64,000 bases of DNA, from assembly GCA_965644295.1 (NCBI GenBank), contig CBFFRP010000380.1:248001-312000 (forward strand), given 5' to 3'. The first letter of the stretch is position 1, and each line of letters starts with the position of its first letter. The DNA is from Paraphysomonas bandaiensis (taxonomy: Eukaryota > Protista > Chrysophyceae). Made by a program: the position numbers and the translations under genes. Shown one piece after another: positions 7,139 to 21,200 of this stretch. The notes below the pieces were generated by a model. It had not been told where the DNA came from and ran no database searches. It saw only the letters and a list, made by a program, of their open reading frames with translations.

Positions 7139-10100
7139 CTATGATGTCGTGGATGAAGATTCGGAATACGGATATAATTCATCCTCTCTCGAAGAGTCTG
7201 ACCCATCACTCGAATAATTTACGTATTCCTCATTTAATTCGTACCGAATCGAAGAACTTTCGGAATTGTAGTCACAATGAAACATATCGACCCCACCGAG
7301 GACATCATTTTCACCGATATCGCTTGGATCAGTCTCTGTCTGTTGAATACAAGTCCCTGAAAAAAGTGAGGCCTCATCGCAAAGTGGTTTCCAGGTGCAC
7401 GAATCTAATGCTTCCTCCACAATGGGCTCAATGCGTAACGCATCTCCTTGTACTGGGTCAGGCGAATCGTCGAATTTACTTTCCTCGTTTACAATGGGCT
7501 GCGGACGGTCGAGTACGTGAGACTGCACATCTTCACCACTTGGCATCACTGCTATTGGACCTTGTCGACTCAGAGGCCGCTTGGATTTATCGCAGGCAGT
7601 CTTTACTGAGGGGTGTATATTACCATTGCATTCATCTCGGCTGGATTGGAAGTCACGCAAGTACGTGTATACAACGTACATGACAAAAAAACCTACGAAA
7701 ACGAACGACAGTGGATAAGTCCACAGAAATACCCACAACACAAAGAGGCCCCCAATAACAAGGGGCTGCAAGCTATGAATTGTTACACGCTGAACAGTTG
7801 GAGACATAGCTCCCATATGCTGCATCAATCTAATCAGTGCTGTGGAAACTGCAAACCTCGACACTCTTCTATTCGACCGAGACCATGGACTCACATTGGC
7901 GCCAATCGTAGTTGAGTGACTCACTCTCCATTTCTTGGAAAACTCTCCAGGAGAGTAGGTGTGATAACTCATTACAATAGCACTCTCGAGTAGGTTTGGA
8001 AACCTCTTGGCCAGGTTTGTAGACACAAAGAGGTAGCGCGGTGCATCAAGTATGACATTTGCAGCAGCATCTAGGGATGACGAGCATATTTTATTTACCG
8101 CTTGATGCAGTGCAAAACTAGCAGTGTGCACCTCGTTACGCGCCAAGTCAGGGATAAAAAAATGAATAATAGCACACTCTGACGTCTAAACAAATACAAT
8201 ATTATACCTTATCTATAAAATAGAGTGCCTTTACCTCATAGAACAATATTTCGATGACGAATTGCATCACACATGCAATCATGTAGAGTTTCTGTGTGAA
8301 AGTACATCAATAACCCAAGTTCTTTGCGATATTCACACTGGGCGTACCTGCCAATGATATCCACGCTGAAGGCCACGTAGCATAGAAAACCAAACACTGG
8401 TGTAGCAACAATAAAGAATAAAACTTAAGCATAGGGGGGTACTCACAAAAAAAGATTTAGTACAACGACACAACTCCATGCTATCGCCTTAACAAATTTC
8501 GTGACGACGTATGAATGTCGAAAATCTTCTTCAGATTTGGTCAAAAATATCTAATCATGGGGTGTCAGAAACAACATAACCACGTTGCAGTACTCACTTT
8601 TGCAACGGGAGTGTCACGCCCCAGTATATCCATCAAAAATTGGTGCAATATCTCAATTCCAATTTGAACATCAGAAGCAAATCTCAGCTTCTCAAATTTC
8701 GCTTGAGTTTCGTCACGAACATACTTCAGTTCGGACTTTATAGCTCGCTCCACACTGCAGGTGCGAGGGATACACAGAAACGTAAGCTCCCGCTGTCGAG
8801 AGAACTCTCCAGTTGGGTCCACACCCCACATAGCATCAAAACCTTCCTGCTGAATTCGCTTCAATACCCGGCGTTGTTCCGTTATGTCGACAGTCAACTC
8901 GAGAAATAGTTCTTCCAGAGATGATTTCCCCACGTCCTGTCCACCACCATTGTATAATTGATTCAGCTTCGTGTCTACATCTCGCCTGTCATGTAACGAT
9001 TTTCGGTATTTCTCAAGCTTGTATCTTTGTTGAAAAACTTGCGACTCCTTGCGTATAAGCTCTTGATTCTTTGTCACACGCGCTACGTGTTCTTGAACAT
9101 CTTGCAAGACATTTCCAATAGAAATAGCAGCCAATTCTTGTGCATCGATTGCGGCCTCAGGCACGACTCTAGTGGTCTGCACAGTCAATTTATCGAAGGC
9201 AGACGATCGGCGGCGAAGACTATTTATGCGCCCCTGAAAAGCCTTCACAGTATCTACGGTTGCAGCCGACACTCTACGCCCAATGCGGGCTGCCTTTTGA
9301 TATACTGTGTTGTTTTCTTCTTTTATCTTGTCTGCTGTAGGTGCAGAGAGTATTTCAATAAACAAAAAATCTACACTACAGGAATTTGTTACTAAACAAT
9401 CGTGGCCATATTGATGACTTACAGTAGATTTATTGGAGCAGTGAAGATTGCCACAACTATAGAAATAATAATAAAAATCTGCAAAAAATTAAATTACACG
9501 GAAACGGAACAGACAATACATTACCTTCACAGACATTGCAATGGGAGATGATTCACACAAATATGAATCATCAGCATCAGCATCCTCAACCCAGCGACAT
9601 ACAGAAGTATCCACATCAAACGGAGATTTCCTTCGTACACATTCCCTCTCCGTGGTATATCCACTACACTCGCCTTCATCATTCGGGTACTGTAAATCAT
9701 AACATACGGCTACAACCAAGCACAGTTCAATACATGGAAAATATTGAGTGAAGTTCTTACCCAGAATAAACATCAGCATACTCTGTACAGTCAACAGATG
9801 TACCCCTGTGAGCATACGCACACTATCGCCATTGGAGCCATTAGCAGTGAACAACACTAAGTATCTGTCACAAAAGTATGAAATACACAACAGCCATAAA
9901 TGGTATTATCGATCTACCGGTGGTGCTTGCATATTTCATCCCATAGCCGCAATAATGCCGGTTTCGTACGGTAAACAGACGGGAAAACTTCGTTTACATA
10001 AGATGTCAAGTAGGCCTTGACATCACTTTTATCCATTGTAGATCTAGCAATTTCCTTCTTTTTGCCAGACTCCTTGCCAACAACTCTATCAGAGTCATAA

Positions 10101-13100
10101 TACTGCCGCAAAGAGCACAACAAGATGCCACTGAGTCCCCCGCTCCATCTGAAATTCTAGAATCACAACACAACTAGATGAAAAGAATGCACTTACAAGA
10201 TGCCATACAGTAGAATCACCACAATAGTATCTTCCAAGTCAGAAACCGAATTTAGGTCATCTGCAGTAGTCACCGTAGTTGAAAAATCGTTAACCACGAG
10301 AGTAGATATCGCAACCACCTGCACACACACAAACGCATCCAATGAAACAGAAGCCGGTATATGATGTCGAATTATACCTCTAAAACTTTCGACTGTTTGA
10401 CAGCACTATTAAGTCGTCGAGAAGTAGCTGTGGTATTGCTTATCGCTAAAGTACAAAAACAAGTCGTATCACTCTCAGTGAAATGTTGCAACTCACAGGT
10501 GTACAAGCTCTTTCCGGCAATAATATCACATGATCTTTTGACATTTATATCGGGACAGAGTGTTTCCATAATCGCATATGTGCCATTGCACATATGGGTT
10601 ACCGTAATATCACCTTTGAGGCCTGAGCATGTCAATTCGTGAACTGACCAATCACCATCCATGCAAGTAGTGTTGACAACTTGACCAGTATTCAGCATAA
10701 GCCTTTCTTCTTTCGAATTTCTTATCACAACAGTAATATTCGGCTGATTAGTCGTCCATTGAACAGCATTCAGACGAATTCGTACCACATTTGAAGTAAA
10801 CATTGAGGCATTCTTGTAGACTTTGGGTTTAACAGACATCACTGCAACTCGTTGGCTATCAAGAGCAAGACCAGATAAAATGAGTTGTGAAGTTGCAATA
10901 TCAAGGTGGGACTCAATATCTGACTGCGGCAATGCAAGAGACAGGTTGTTACTGCCACCAAAACAAGCAAAAGCCAAACGAAATAATTCTGTAGACACAT
11001 ATTTAGGGCTCAGTCCCACAGTCATCTCATTTAACACAGTATCAGCAAAACTATCAAGGCCATTAACAACCTCTTGTAATATATTCTCTCTTTTTTGCTC
11101 GCCCGGGAGAAAAGTTGCTATCGTAGCCTGCGAAATTGAATCCAAGGACATGAAGACCTCAGAGTAGGCCTCGGAAGGAACTAATGTGCTGGTTGAGGCA
11201 TCCAGAATAGAGGATGCTATTGTCAACACTGCTGAAGACACATTCTCAGAAATTGTATCCATCGATTGAGTAATGGAAGATAGAAAAGATGCCAAATGAG
11301 CAATGCTGTCAATTGTAGGATCGTCCACCTTGGAAACACTCAACAAAAGCACTGCAAGTTGACTACGTATACTCTCAGTTGTCATGAAACTTTCCTCTAA
11401 TATATCACAAGCACTGCCATAATACCCATCGTTGCACTGACATACAACATCGCACGAATGATCTCCAACATCACAACGGTCCACAAGTGTTCCAACGTTT
11501 GCATCAACGAATAGACATCTACCATTACTAGAGCAGTTATTCACACAAGATTTAGACATTCGCTCACATACAGAAAACCCGTATTCGGTGCTTTCTTCAC
11601 ACGACTCCCACATGTCGCAGTCTGTATTCGTAGAGCAATTCCGCAATGTCCATTTAGACAAAGCAATTTCAAGTTGACTCATATCGTAACACATCGAATT
11701 GTACTCATTCACAACCCAATAGTAGCCTGCAATGCAGTCACCACAAATGTTTCGCGTAGAAGTGCAAGTCGAGCGATTAAAAGCAGAACAGCCCATTAAA
11801 ATCATACAGTCAACGCCATTCAAGACAGAACTCACAACAGATAAAGTCTCCTTCTGAGCATCAATATTACCATCACTGGAGCTTATCAGATGCCCCATTG
11901 TGCGCAAGAGAGTCGACGATGTCATCTGGGGATCGTTAACTATTAACGACACTGATTCAGAGCTATATGCATTGAGCACATCAAACACTCGCACTTGACA
12001 CAGCAATAAGTCATCATTGGATTTACCTGGCGGAAGCAATGACGTTGCAAAGGAATACTCTGATCGCCCGTGAACAACTTTACTAGTTTGTGTCTCTATA
12101 TAGGCAAATTCATAAGATAATGGGATGTCGTCGTCACTCCATTCAGAGGCTGCAAACTTAAATTTCGTTATCATAGCAGTGCCGTTAGAAGGAACAACTT
12201 CAAAAACACCTGGGGAAGGAGGAACATTAATTGCGATTGCAAGAGACGACCTGGCTCCAGACGACATCAATGAAAACACATATGGTGTCGATTTCGGAGA
12301 CAGTACTAATGCTGGAATAACAAGATTAAACTGGTGACTCCCATGACGTAATGGCGCCGTTACCGCTGTTCGAGATACAGACTTTAAATCAAGCAATGGA
12401 TCATCCACAGCCCATGTTACAGTGGCCATATCCTGTAGTAATACTGATCCATAAAGTATTAAATCATCAGAGGGATTAATTTTAATCGCTCCATTTCTTG
12501 AAGTTATTGACAGTTGAGGCGCTGACCGTTCGGTCACTGTTATCATTACCGTTTCGTGGGACTGTCGAGTGGAATCATGTACCGTAACAGTGATAGCATA
12601 CACATTACCCGTGGGTGTGGAATAAGGAGATGTAATCATTACATGCGATAATGCAGGCTGAAGTTGCAAATCACAAGTTGAGGAGAGAGTTGGCTCCTGC
12701 TGATAACACGACCACGAAAACGACAGCCCCGCCGATGTTCGTGATTCCTCGTCATAGCTTCCCGCCGCATCCACAATTAAGATGTCTCCCTGACGAATAG
12801 TCCGCTCAGTAGCTCCAGATATTGCCGCTACAATCTTACTAGAAGGAACAGACAGTTGAACCGCAGCACTAGAGGAAAGACCCGACAGCGGGCTCACTAC
12901 AGTTACCACGACGTCATACACTGAATTTGGTCGAAGGGCGAACGCAGGAAGTTTAAATTTAGTTTTGTCAGATGATATCGACGTCAGAGTGTGGTCTATT
13001 ATACCATCTCTGCTTGCCGTCCATGTATAAATCAAGTTGGCAAACGATCGAGTGCCATCACAAAAAGAAGTGTACCCTTGTGCTTGCAAAAGTAAAGGGG

Positions 13101-16100
13101 AGGCCATGCTAACTGTCCTTGACTGTTGGCCAGCTATTGAAACAACTGGTAAGGCAGAATCAACAGCACTAATTTGATGGAACCCTATACCACATGCGCC
13201 AAGAAAATTGCATAACTTGATTTCAAAGGTGTATACGTAACCAGCTACGAGCACACCGCGTGGGAGAGAAGTAGGTGGACTTATGGTATACTGAGTAGCA
13301 AAAAACTGCTCAACTGCCACAGCGGATTCCACACTAGAGCTGGTCACATTTACTGCAATAGATGACCAGCGCCTACCACCAGAAGGCCATGATGAGGTCA
13401 AATCGATCAGAACCTCGTCACACCGTCCTACAGTACTTGGAGCAGATATCGCTACTACCGGAATCATTGGTACTAGAGGAGCTACGATAGGTATTGAAAT
13501 GGAGGGAACAGACGTCCACTGGTCGCATACTGATAAATCAGAACGACACGGAGCTCGAACGGAGTTCGTACGCACAGAAACATAATCTCCCACCACTGGT
13601 CTATTTATACCTTTAAGCGTTATCGTAAGAGTCGAACTCGTACTCCACAGACAACTTGACTCTGATGCACCAGTCAGTATAAGAACATCTTCACATGAGA
13701 ATGAACTCAACTTCCTCGCTTGATCAGTTGGAGAGTCAAAGACTACTATGATATACATACCATCAGATGAAAATGCAGCACTTGACAACCTTGGGGTTGT
13801 TGGTTCTACATTAGGCGACTCCAATATAAAAGATTGAACTCCGTTATTTCCAAAAACAACTTCAAATTCCTGTGCAGAAGGGCCACCGAGGGATACGGAA
13901 GTATAATACGAGCCAGGGCTACTGCTACTAGTCAATGAAACTTTGTGGATATCGTCCCAATTCTTACCATTCAGCGTAACACTGGATGGGAATAACATAT
14001 TTGACAACAAACCACTGGAATTACCAATCGAAAGAGAAACCACTAAATCATTTGATGGAGTGCCAGTGGCATGGATTGATATAAAATTAGTCACAACATT
14101 CCCACTCACAAAAGATGTGCCAGTCAGGGTGACAATGACCCGCTTGCAGCACTGCGTTTTAATGTCATGTCTGCTCTCCATTACAGTGACGATGGCATCA
14201 GACACAATATCGACGCTTTTCGCGAGGCAGTACACATCATACAACGTCCCAGACTGAAGTCCATTCAAAGTAATTACTTGCGGTGCTGTTGTGGAATCAA
14301 CTAAGGCGAACTTATTCTGAGCCACGATTCTACCAAAAGATTCAGGAATTACTCCAGAAAAGAAGCTTGCACAGAACACTATCCCTTCTTGTGAAAACCG
14401 CACATACACATCGATAGACGACTCAGTGGTAGATGTAAACACACTCAGAAGTTCAGTTGGTACCGATGACGGCAGTCCAGTTGGACAGAATGAAGGCTGT
14501 CCTGATGGAAAACTACTTGGCATAACTGTAGGACTACCACTTGGTAGTCCAGACGGTAATCCAGTTGGTTGCCCCGATGGAATACACGTAGGAGCTCCGG
14601 TTGGTTGTCCTGAGGGCTGGCTCGAGGGCTCACCACTTGGCACACCTGTTGGTTTACCAGAGGGTCGGCATGAGGGCCAACCAGAAGGTTGACTAGAAGG
14701 TTCAGAAGTCGGTTTGCAGGTCGGCTGACCTGTTGGATCCATTGAAGGCCCGCCGGTAGGCAGGGATGTTGGCTGTCCACTTGGCTCCCAAGTTGGCTTT
14801 CCAGTTGGTTCCCCAGTTGGCTCAGAAGTCGGCTGTCCTGTTGGGACTTCACTTGGTTTCCCAGTCGGAGCAGATGTCGGTTGACCAGTTGGCTGAGTGC
14901 TTGGATGACTACTTGGCTGGCCTGTGGGCTGACCAGTTGGACAACTAGAAGGTTGGCCCGTAGGGAGCGCGGAAGGCTCCCCAGTTGGTTCAGCAGATGG
15001 TTGTCCAGTGGGTTCACCAGTCGGTTGACCAGTTGGCTGGCCGGTGGGTTCGCATGTCGGCTGTCCAGAGGGCTGACCAGATGGTGCAGATGTTGGCTGG
15101 CTTGTTGGTTGTCCAGTGGGCTGACCAGATGGTGCAGCAGTGGGTAGGCTTGTTGGCTGTCCTGATGGTTGACCACTAGGCAGACCACTTGGATGTCCAG
15201 TGGGTTCACCAGTCGGTTGACCAGTTGGCTGACCGGTGGGTTCGCATGTCGGCTGGCCAGAGGGCTGACCAGATGGTGCAGATGTTGGCTGGCTTGTTGG
15301 TTGTCCAGTGGGCTGACCAGATGGTGCAGCAGTGGGTAGGCTTGTCGGCTGTCCTGATGGTTGACCACTAGGCAGACCACTTGGATGTCCAGTGGGTTCA
15401 CCAGTCGGTTGACCAGTTGGCTGACCGGTGGGTTCGCATGTCGGCTGGCCAGAGGGCTGACCAGATGGTGCAGATGTTGGCTGGCTTGTTGGTTGCCCAG
15501 TGGGCTGACCAGATGGTGCAGCAGTGGGCAGGCTTGTTGGCTGTCCTGATGGTTGACCTGTGGGTCCACTTGATGGTTGACCACTAGGCAGACCACTTGG
15601 ATGTCCAGTGGGTTCACCAGTTGGTTGGCCAGTTGGCTGACCGGTGGGTTCGCATGTCGGCTGGCCAGAGGGCTGACCAGATGGTGCAGATGTTGGCTGG
15701 CTTGTTGGTTGTCCAGTGGGCTGACCAGATGGTGCAGCAGTGGGCAGGCTTGTTGGCTGTCCTGATGGTTGACCTGTGGGTCCACTTGATGGTTGACCAC
15801 TAGGCAGACCACTTGGATGTCCAGTGGGTTCACCAGTTGGCTGACCAGTTGGCTGACCGGTGGGTTCGCATGTCGGCTGGCCAGAGGGCTGACCAGATGG
15901 TGCAGATGTTGGCTGGCTTGTTGGTTGTCCAGTGGGCTGACCAGATGGTGCAGCAGTGGGCAGGCTTGTTGGCTGTCCTGATGGTTGACCTGTGGGTCCA
16001 CTTGATGGTTGACCACTAGGCAGACCACTTGGATGTCCAGTGGGTTCACCAGTTGGCTGACCAGTTGGCTGACCGGTGGGTTCGCATGTCGGCTGGCCAG

Positions 16101-17532
16101 AGGGCTGACCAGATGGTGCAGATGTTGGCTGGCTTGTTGGTTGCCCAGTGGGCTGACCAGATGGTGCAGCAGTGGGCAGGCTTGTTGGCTGTCCTGATGG
16201 TTGACCTGTGGGTCCACTTGATGGTTGACCACTAGGCAGGCCACTTGGATGTCCAGTGGGTTCACCAGTTGGTTGGCCAGTTGGCTGACCCGAAGGCAGC
16301 GTAGAAGGCTTCCCAGTTGGTTCACCAGATGGATGTCCAGTGGGCTGGCCTGTAGGATGACAAGTGGGGTAACCAGAAGGTTGTCCAGTTGGTTGGGAAG
16401 TAGGCGAGGGAGAATCGAGGTCAGTCATAAAAACTAGTCGTACTCTACTATTGCGGTAATCTGCAACCAAAACATAAGTGTCACTGGGACTCAAAGCAGC
16501 GTCAATCGGACTCCAAAACCGTGCATTAGTACCAATACCGTCCGAACTCCCACTGCTTGATCCTCCGGCAATGGTAGTCACCACACCTGTACTCAATATG
16601 CATTTACGAATTCGATGCGAATTGAAATCGGCGACTACGACGTAAGTGTCGTCACTTGATATGTCAATATTATATGGCTTATCGAATCTCGCATTTGTTC
16701 CAGTCCCATCTAGATATCCAGTAACAGACCCTGCAATAGTAGTCACAACCCTGGTAGACAACACAAGCTTACGTAGGCGATGATTATCACGATCTGCAAC
16801 TACAGCAAAGCTGCCATCACTCGACACAGTCACGCCACGTGGACCATTAAATCTAGCTGATGTGCCCGTTCCATCACTTGATCCTGGCGACGATCCAGCG
16901 ATTAATGACACAACTTGGGTAGAGATTATAACTTTCCGGATTCTGTCATTTGAACAGTCTACGATTACGGCCAGAACTCCATCTCCAGAAATAGCAACAC
17001 CACGAGGAAACGTCAACCGCGCGTCCGTTCCAACACCGTCAGAATTACCAGCATGCGTGCCTACAAATGTAGAAACTTCTCCAGTAGATATGATAACTTT
17101 GCGAATTCTGTGATCATTGTTTCCAGCCACAAGAGCAAAACTATTATCTGCAGACAGTGCAATACCATAGGGTTCGTCGAAGGCTGTGGAATCTGAAATT
17201 GTAGTGACCTCTGATGTAGATATAACAAGCTTCCGGATTTTATTTCCATAAGCGGCTGCAATTACTGCAAAACTTCCATCACTTGATATGCTTATTCCAC
17301 CAGGTCTATGTATTTCGGCGTTAGTACCAATCCCATCCTGAGAGTTGTCCCCATCTCCAGCAAATGTGATGACCTGTTGTGCAACACCTTGTAAAGCTAC
17401 TAAATTACGGTGAAAGTCTGGTGGAGGTGTATTGATGATTGATGTATTCGAGACAGCCAAGTCTTGAACAGTCATATCAACACAGTAACAAACACATACA
17501 CAAGTCAGTAGGCGGTATAAGTGAGCACGCAT
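7139..17532 (-). CDS. Giant multi-exon surface protein A: NHL repeats, Pro/Ser/Thr/Gly/Gln stalk, REJ/PKD-like region, EGF, GPS-like motif, multiple TM helices
   Basis: 2386-aa first exon (NHL repeats DG.GT.ARF..P.GI, PSGQP repeats, REJ-like WSDDDIPLSYEF, EGF CS.NGRC...C.C..GY.G..C). Short GT-AG introns link it to the downstream exons at ~9.9-10.3, 9.5-9.9, 8.6-9.4 and 7.1-8.2 kb. Confidence 0.85.
15000..16290. repeat. Coding tandem array in gene A: 4 x 216 bp plus 2 x 192 bp units
   Basis: GGATGTCCAGTGGGTTCACC recurs at 15191, 15383, 15599, 15815, 16031, 16247; embedded in a wider 12-bp (P-x-x-x) periodic region ~14450-16410. Confidence 0.95.
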
Positions 17533-18238
17533 TAGTCACTAATGTATCCTCCTAGCTAAATTAAGATAGATTATATGAAGCCATAGTGAATATACAGTAT
17601 GTGAAGTGGGGACTGCTGTGAGATAATTAATCAGTCGTACTATATCAGCATACGAGACGTCACTGTTCAACCAACACACAACTAACTTCCCTTTATTGTT
17701 AACCGCATTACTCGTAAAATTGGTCACGGACACAAAAAATTGGACCACTCTCCTCTATTTTCTCCTAATCCCCTCCAAAATCTAGAAAAAGTATGTTTTT
17801 TTGAATTGATATGTCCATGAATGTACACAATGGATGTGCTGCTATTCATTTATCCAGTCATTTTCACCGTATTATATATCTGTATTCGGTCTTGGAATTC
17901 TTGGAATTCCTAGCAACAGGGATATCGATATCTGGATATCTAATACGGGTGGGGTGGGAATAAACCATATACCGTATATCGTACATATGTATGTACATAG
18001 AGAGAGTAGCGTATCACGCACATGTTTCAATACTGTACTAGAAATACACACTGAAGAAGAAAGATGCCACAGATGTTGGAGTAGATTCTAATAGACCAGA
18101 TTGTCTGATACGATTATTGGAATAGTGCCGATATGAAGCTCATGTGTGTATTTGTAGCACCTTCTTGTATTGGATGGTGTTATTATTTAAGCATTGTAGT
18201 AGATAACATCTACAGTGTGTTGGAGCGTTTGGGTGTCA
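17533..18238. promoter_or_regulatory. Shared divergent (bidirectional) upstream region of genes A and B
   Basis: ~700 bp between the two predicted start codons. No specific promoter motif could be assigned. Confidence 0.5.
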
Positions 18239-21200
18239 ATGAGTCTAGACGACTATATTCGAGCACTGATATTCTTTGCAGTAGTATGTTTTCCAATCCT
18301 AGGATATGAGGTTACACATACACTTGATGGGTATAATTCCAGTACCCCAACTTCGATATTTCAGCGGCGTTTGCAAGGTACCAAATTCAGACTACAATAT
18401 TCACATAACGTATACTTGCAGTACGAGCGAGCAGTAATTTTGAAGGAACTGCGGGTCAAGTCATTACTATTTCAGGAGTAATGGGAGAAGAACCGATGGT
18501 ATCAGACGGTGTGGGAACCAATGCACGATTCAAAGGCCCTGGTGGTACTAGCTTATCAAGTGACGGACGATTTGCAATCATTACTGATGCAAATGCTAAC
18601 CAGATTCGTAAACTTGATATGCTTAGTGCCCAAGTAACAACGGTTGCTGGAACTGGTGGGAACGGCGGAAACGACGGTGGATCAACCACTGCAACCTTCA
18701 ATGAACCCTATGGTATTGCACTGTCTGCAGATAATAGTTTTGCTCTTGTGGCTGGAAACAATGATCACAGAATTCGCAAAGTTATTATATCTACTGGAGA
18801 AGTTTCTACATTTGTAGGTGCGCCAACCGCTGGAAATTCTGACGGTGTTGGAACGGACGCGCGGTTGAGATTTCCTCGTGGTGTTGCTATTTCTGGAGAT
18901 GGAGTTCTGGCCGTAATCGTAGACTGTTCAAATGACAGAATCCGGAAAGTGATAATCTCTACCCAAGTTGTGTCATTAATCGCTGGATCGTCGCCAGGAT
19001 CAAGTGATGGAACGGGCACATCAGCTAGATTTAATGGTCCACGTGGCGTAACTGTGTCGAGTGATGGCAGCTTTGCTGTAGTTACAGATCGTGATAATCA
19101 TCGCCTACGTAAGCTTGTGTTGTCTACCAGGGTTGTGACTACTATTGCGGGGTCTGTTACTGGATATCTAGATGGGACTGGAACAAATGCGAGATTCGAT
19201 AAGCCGTATGGCATTGACATATCAAGTGACGACACTTACGTCGTAGTCGCCGATTTCAATTCGCATCGAATTCGTAAATGCATATTGAGTACAGGTGTGG
19301 TGACTACCATTGCCGGAGGATCAAGCAGTGGGGGTTTGGACGGTATTGGTACTAATGCACTTTTTTCGGGTCCAATAGGTATTTCCATAAGCCTAACTGA
19401 CTCTTATGTACTCGTTGCTGATAGAGACAACTTTGCGTTAAGAGTGTTATTTTTACAAGACGTCAGAGCCGAAGCACACAGCAAATCAACTATACACCCT
19501 ACCTTTATACCAACGCATTCACCCACATGGCAACCAACGGATTCACCGACTCGTGTACCGACCGTATCGCCAACAGTGGTTCCGACCAATGCACCAACAG
19601 ATGTTCCCACTCGTTCGCCAACGGCTGTACCAACAAATACACCGACACGGCAACCAACGGATTCACCGACTCGTGTACCGACCGTATCGCCAACAGTGGT
19701 TCCGACCAATGCACCAACAGATGTTCCCACTCGTTCGCCAACGGCTGTACCAACAAATACACCGACACGGCAACCAACGGATTCACCGACTCGTGTACCG
19801 ACCGTATCGCCAACAGTGGTTCCGACCAATGCACCAACAGATGTTCCCACTCGTTCGCCAACGGCTGTACCAACAAATACACCGACACGGCAACCAACGG
19901 ATTCACCGACTCGTGTACCGACCGTATCGCCAACAGTGGTTCCGACCAATGCACCAACAGATGTTCCCACTCGTTCGCCAACGGCTGTACCAACAAATAC
20001 ACCGACACGGCATCCAACGGATTCACCGACTCGTGTACCGACCGTATCGCCGACAGTGGTTCCGACCAATGCACCAACAGATGTTCCCACTCGTTCGCCA
20101 ACGGCTGTACCAACAAATACACCGTCACGGCAACCAACGGATTCACCGACTCGTGTCCCGACCGTATCGCCGACAGTGGTTCCGACCAATGCACCAACAG
20201 ATGTTCCCACTCGTTCGCCAACGGCTGTACCAACAAATACACCGACACGGCAACCAACGGATTCACCGACTCGTGTACCGACCGTATCGCCAACAGTGGT
20301 TCCGACCAATGCACCAACAGATGTTCCCACTCGTTCGCCAACGGCTGTACCAACAAATACACCGACACGGCATCCAACGGATTCACCGACTCGTGTACCG
20401 ACCGTATCGCCGACAGTGGTTCCGACCAATGCACCAACAGATGTTCCCACTCGTTCGCCAACGGCTGTACCAACAAATACACCGTCACGGCAACCAACGG
20501 ATTCACCGACTCGTGTCCCGACCGTATCGCCGACAGTGGTTCCGACCAATGCACCAACAGATGTTCCCACTCGTTCGCCAACGGCTGTACCAACAAATAC
20601 ACCGACACGGCAACCAACGGATTCACCGACTCGTGTACCGACCGTATCGCCGACAGTGGTTCCGACCAATGCACCAACAGATGTTCCCATTCGTTCGCCA
20701 ACGGCTGTACCAACAAATACACCGTCACGGCAACCAACGGATTCACCGACTCGTGTACCGACCGTATCGCCAACAGTGGTTCCGACCAATGCACCAACAG
20801 ATGTTCCCACTCGTTCGCCAACGGCTGTACCAACAAATACACCGACACGGCATCCAACGGATTCACCGACTCGTGTACCGACCGTATCGCCGACAGTGGT
20901 TCCGACCAATGCACCAACAGATGTTCCCACTCGTTCGCCAACGGCTGTACCAACAAATACACCGTCACGGCAACCAACGGATTCACCGACTCGTGTACCG
21001 ACCGTATCGCCGACAGTGGTTCCGACCAATGCACCAACAGATGTTCCCACTCGTTCGCCAACGGCTGTACCAACAAATACACCGTCACGGCAACCAACGG
21101 ATTCACCGACTCGTGTACCGACCGTATCGCCGACAGTGGTTCCGACCAATGCACCAACAGATGTTCCCATTCGTTCGCCAACGGCTGTACCAACAAATAC

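Noticed and set aside
14445-16437. 626-aa and many 60-90 aa ORFs over the 216-bp array
   Set aside because: Shadows of the coding repeat in gene A.
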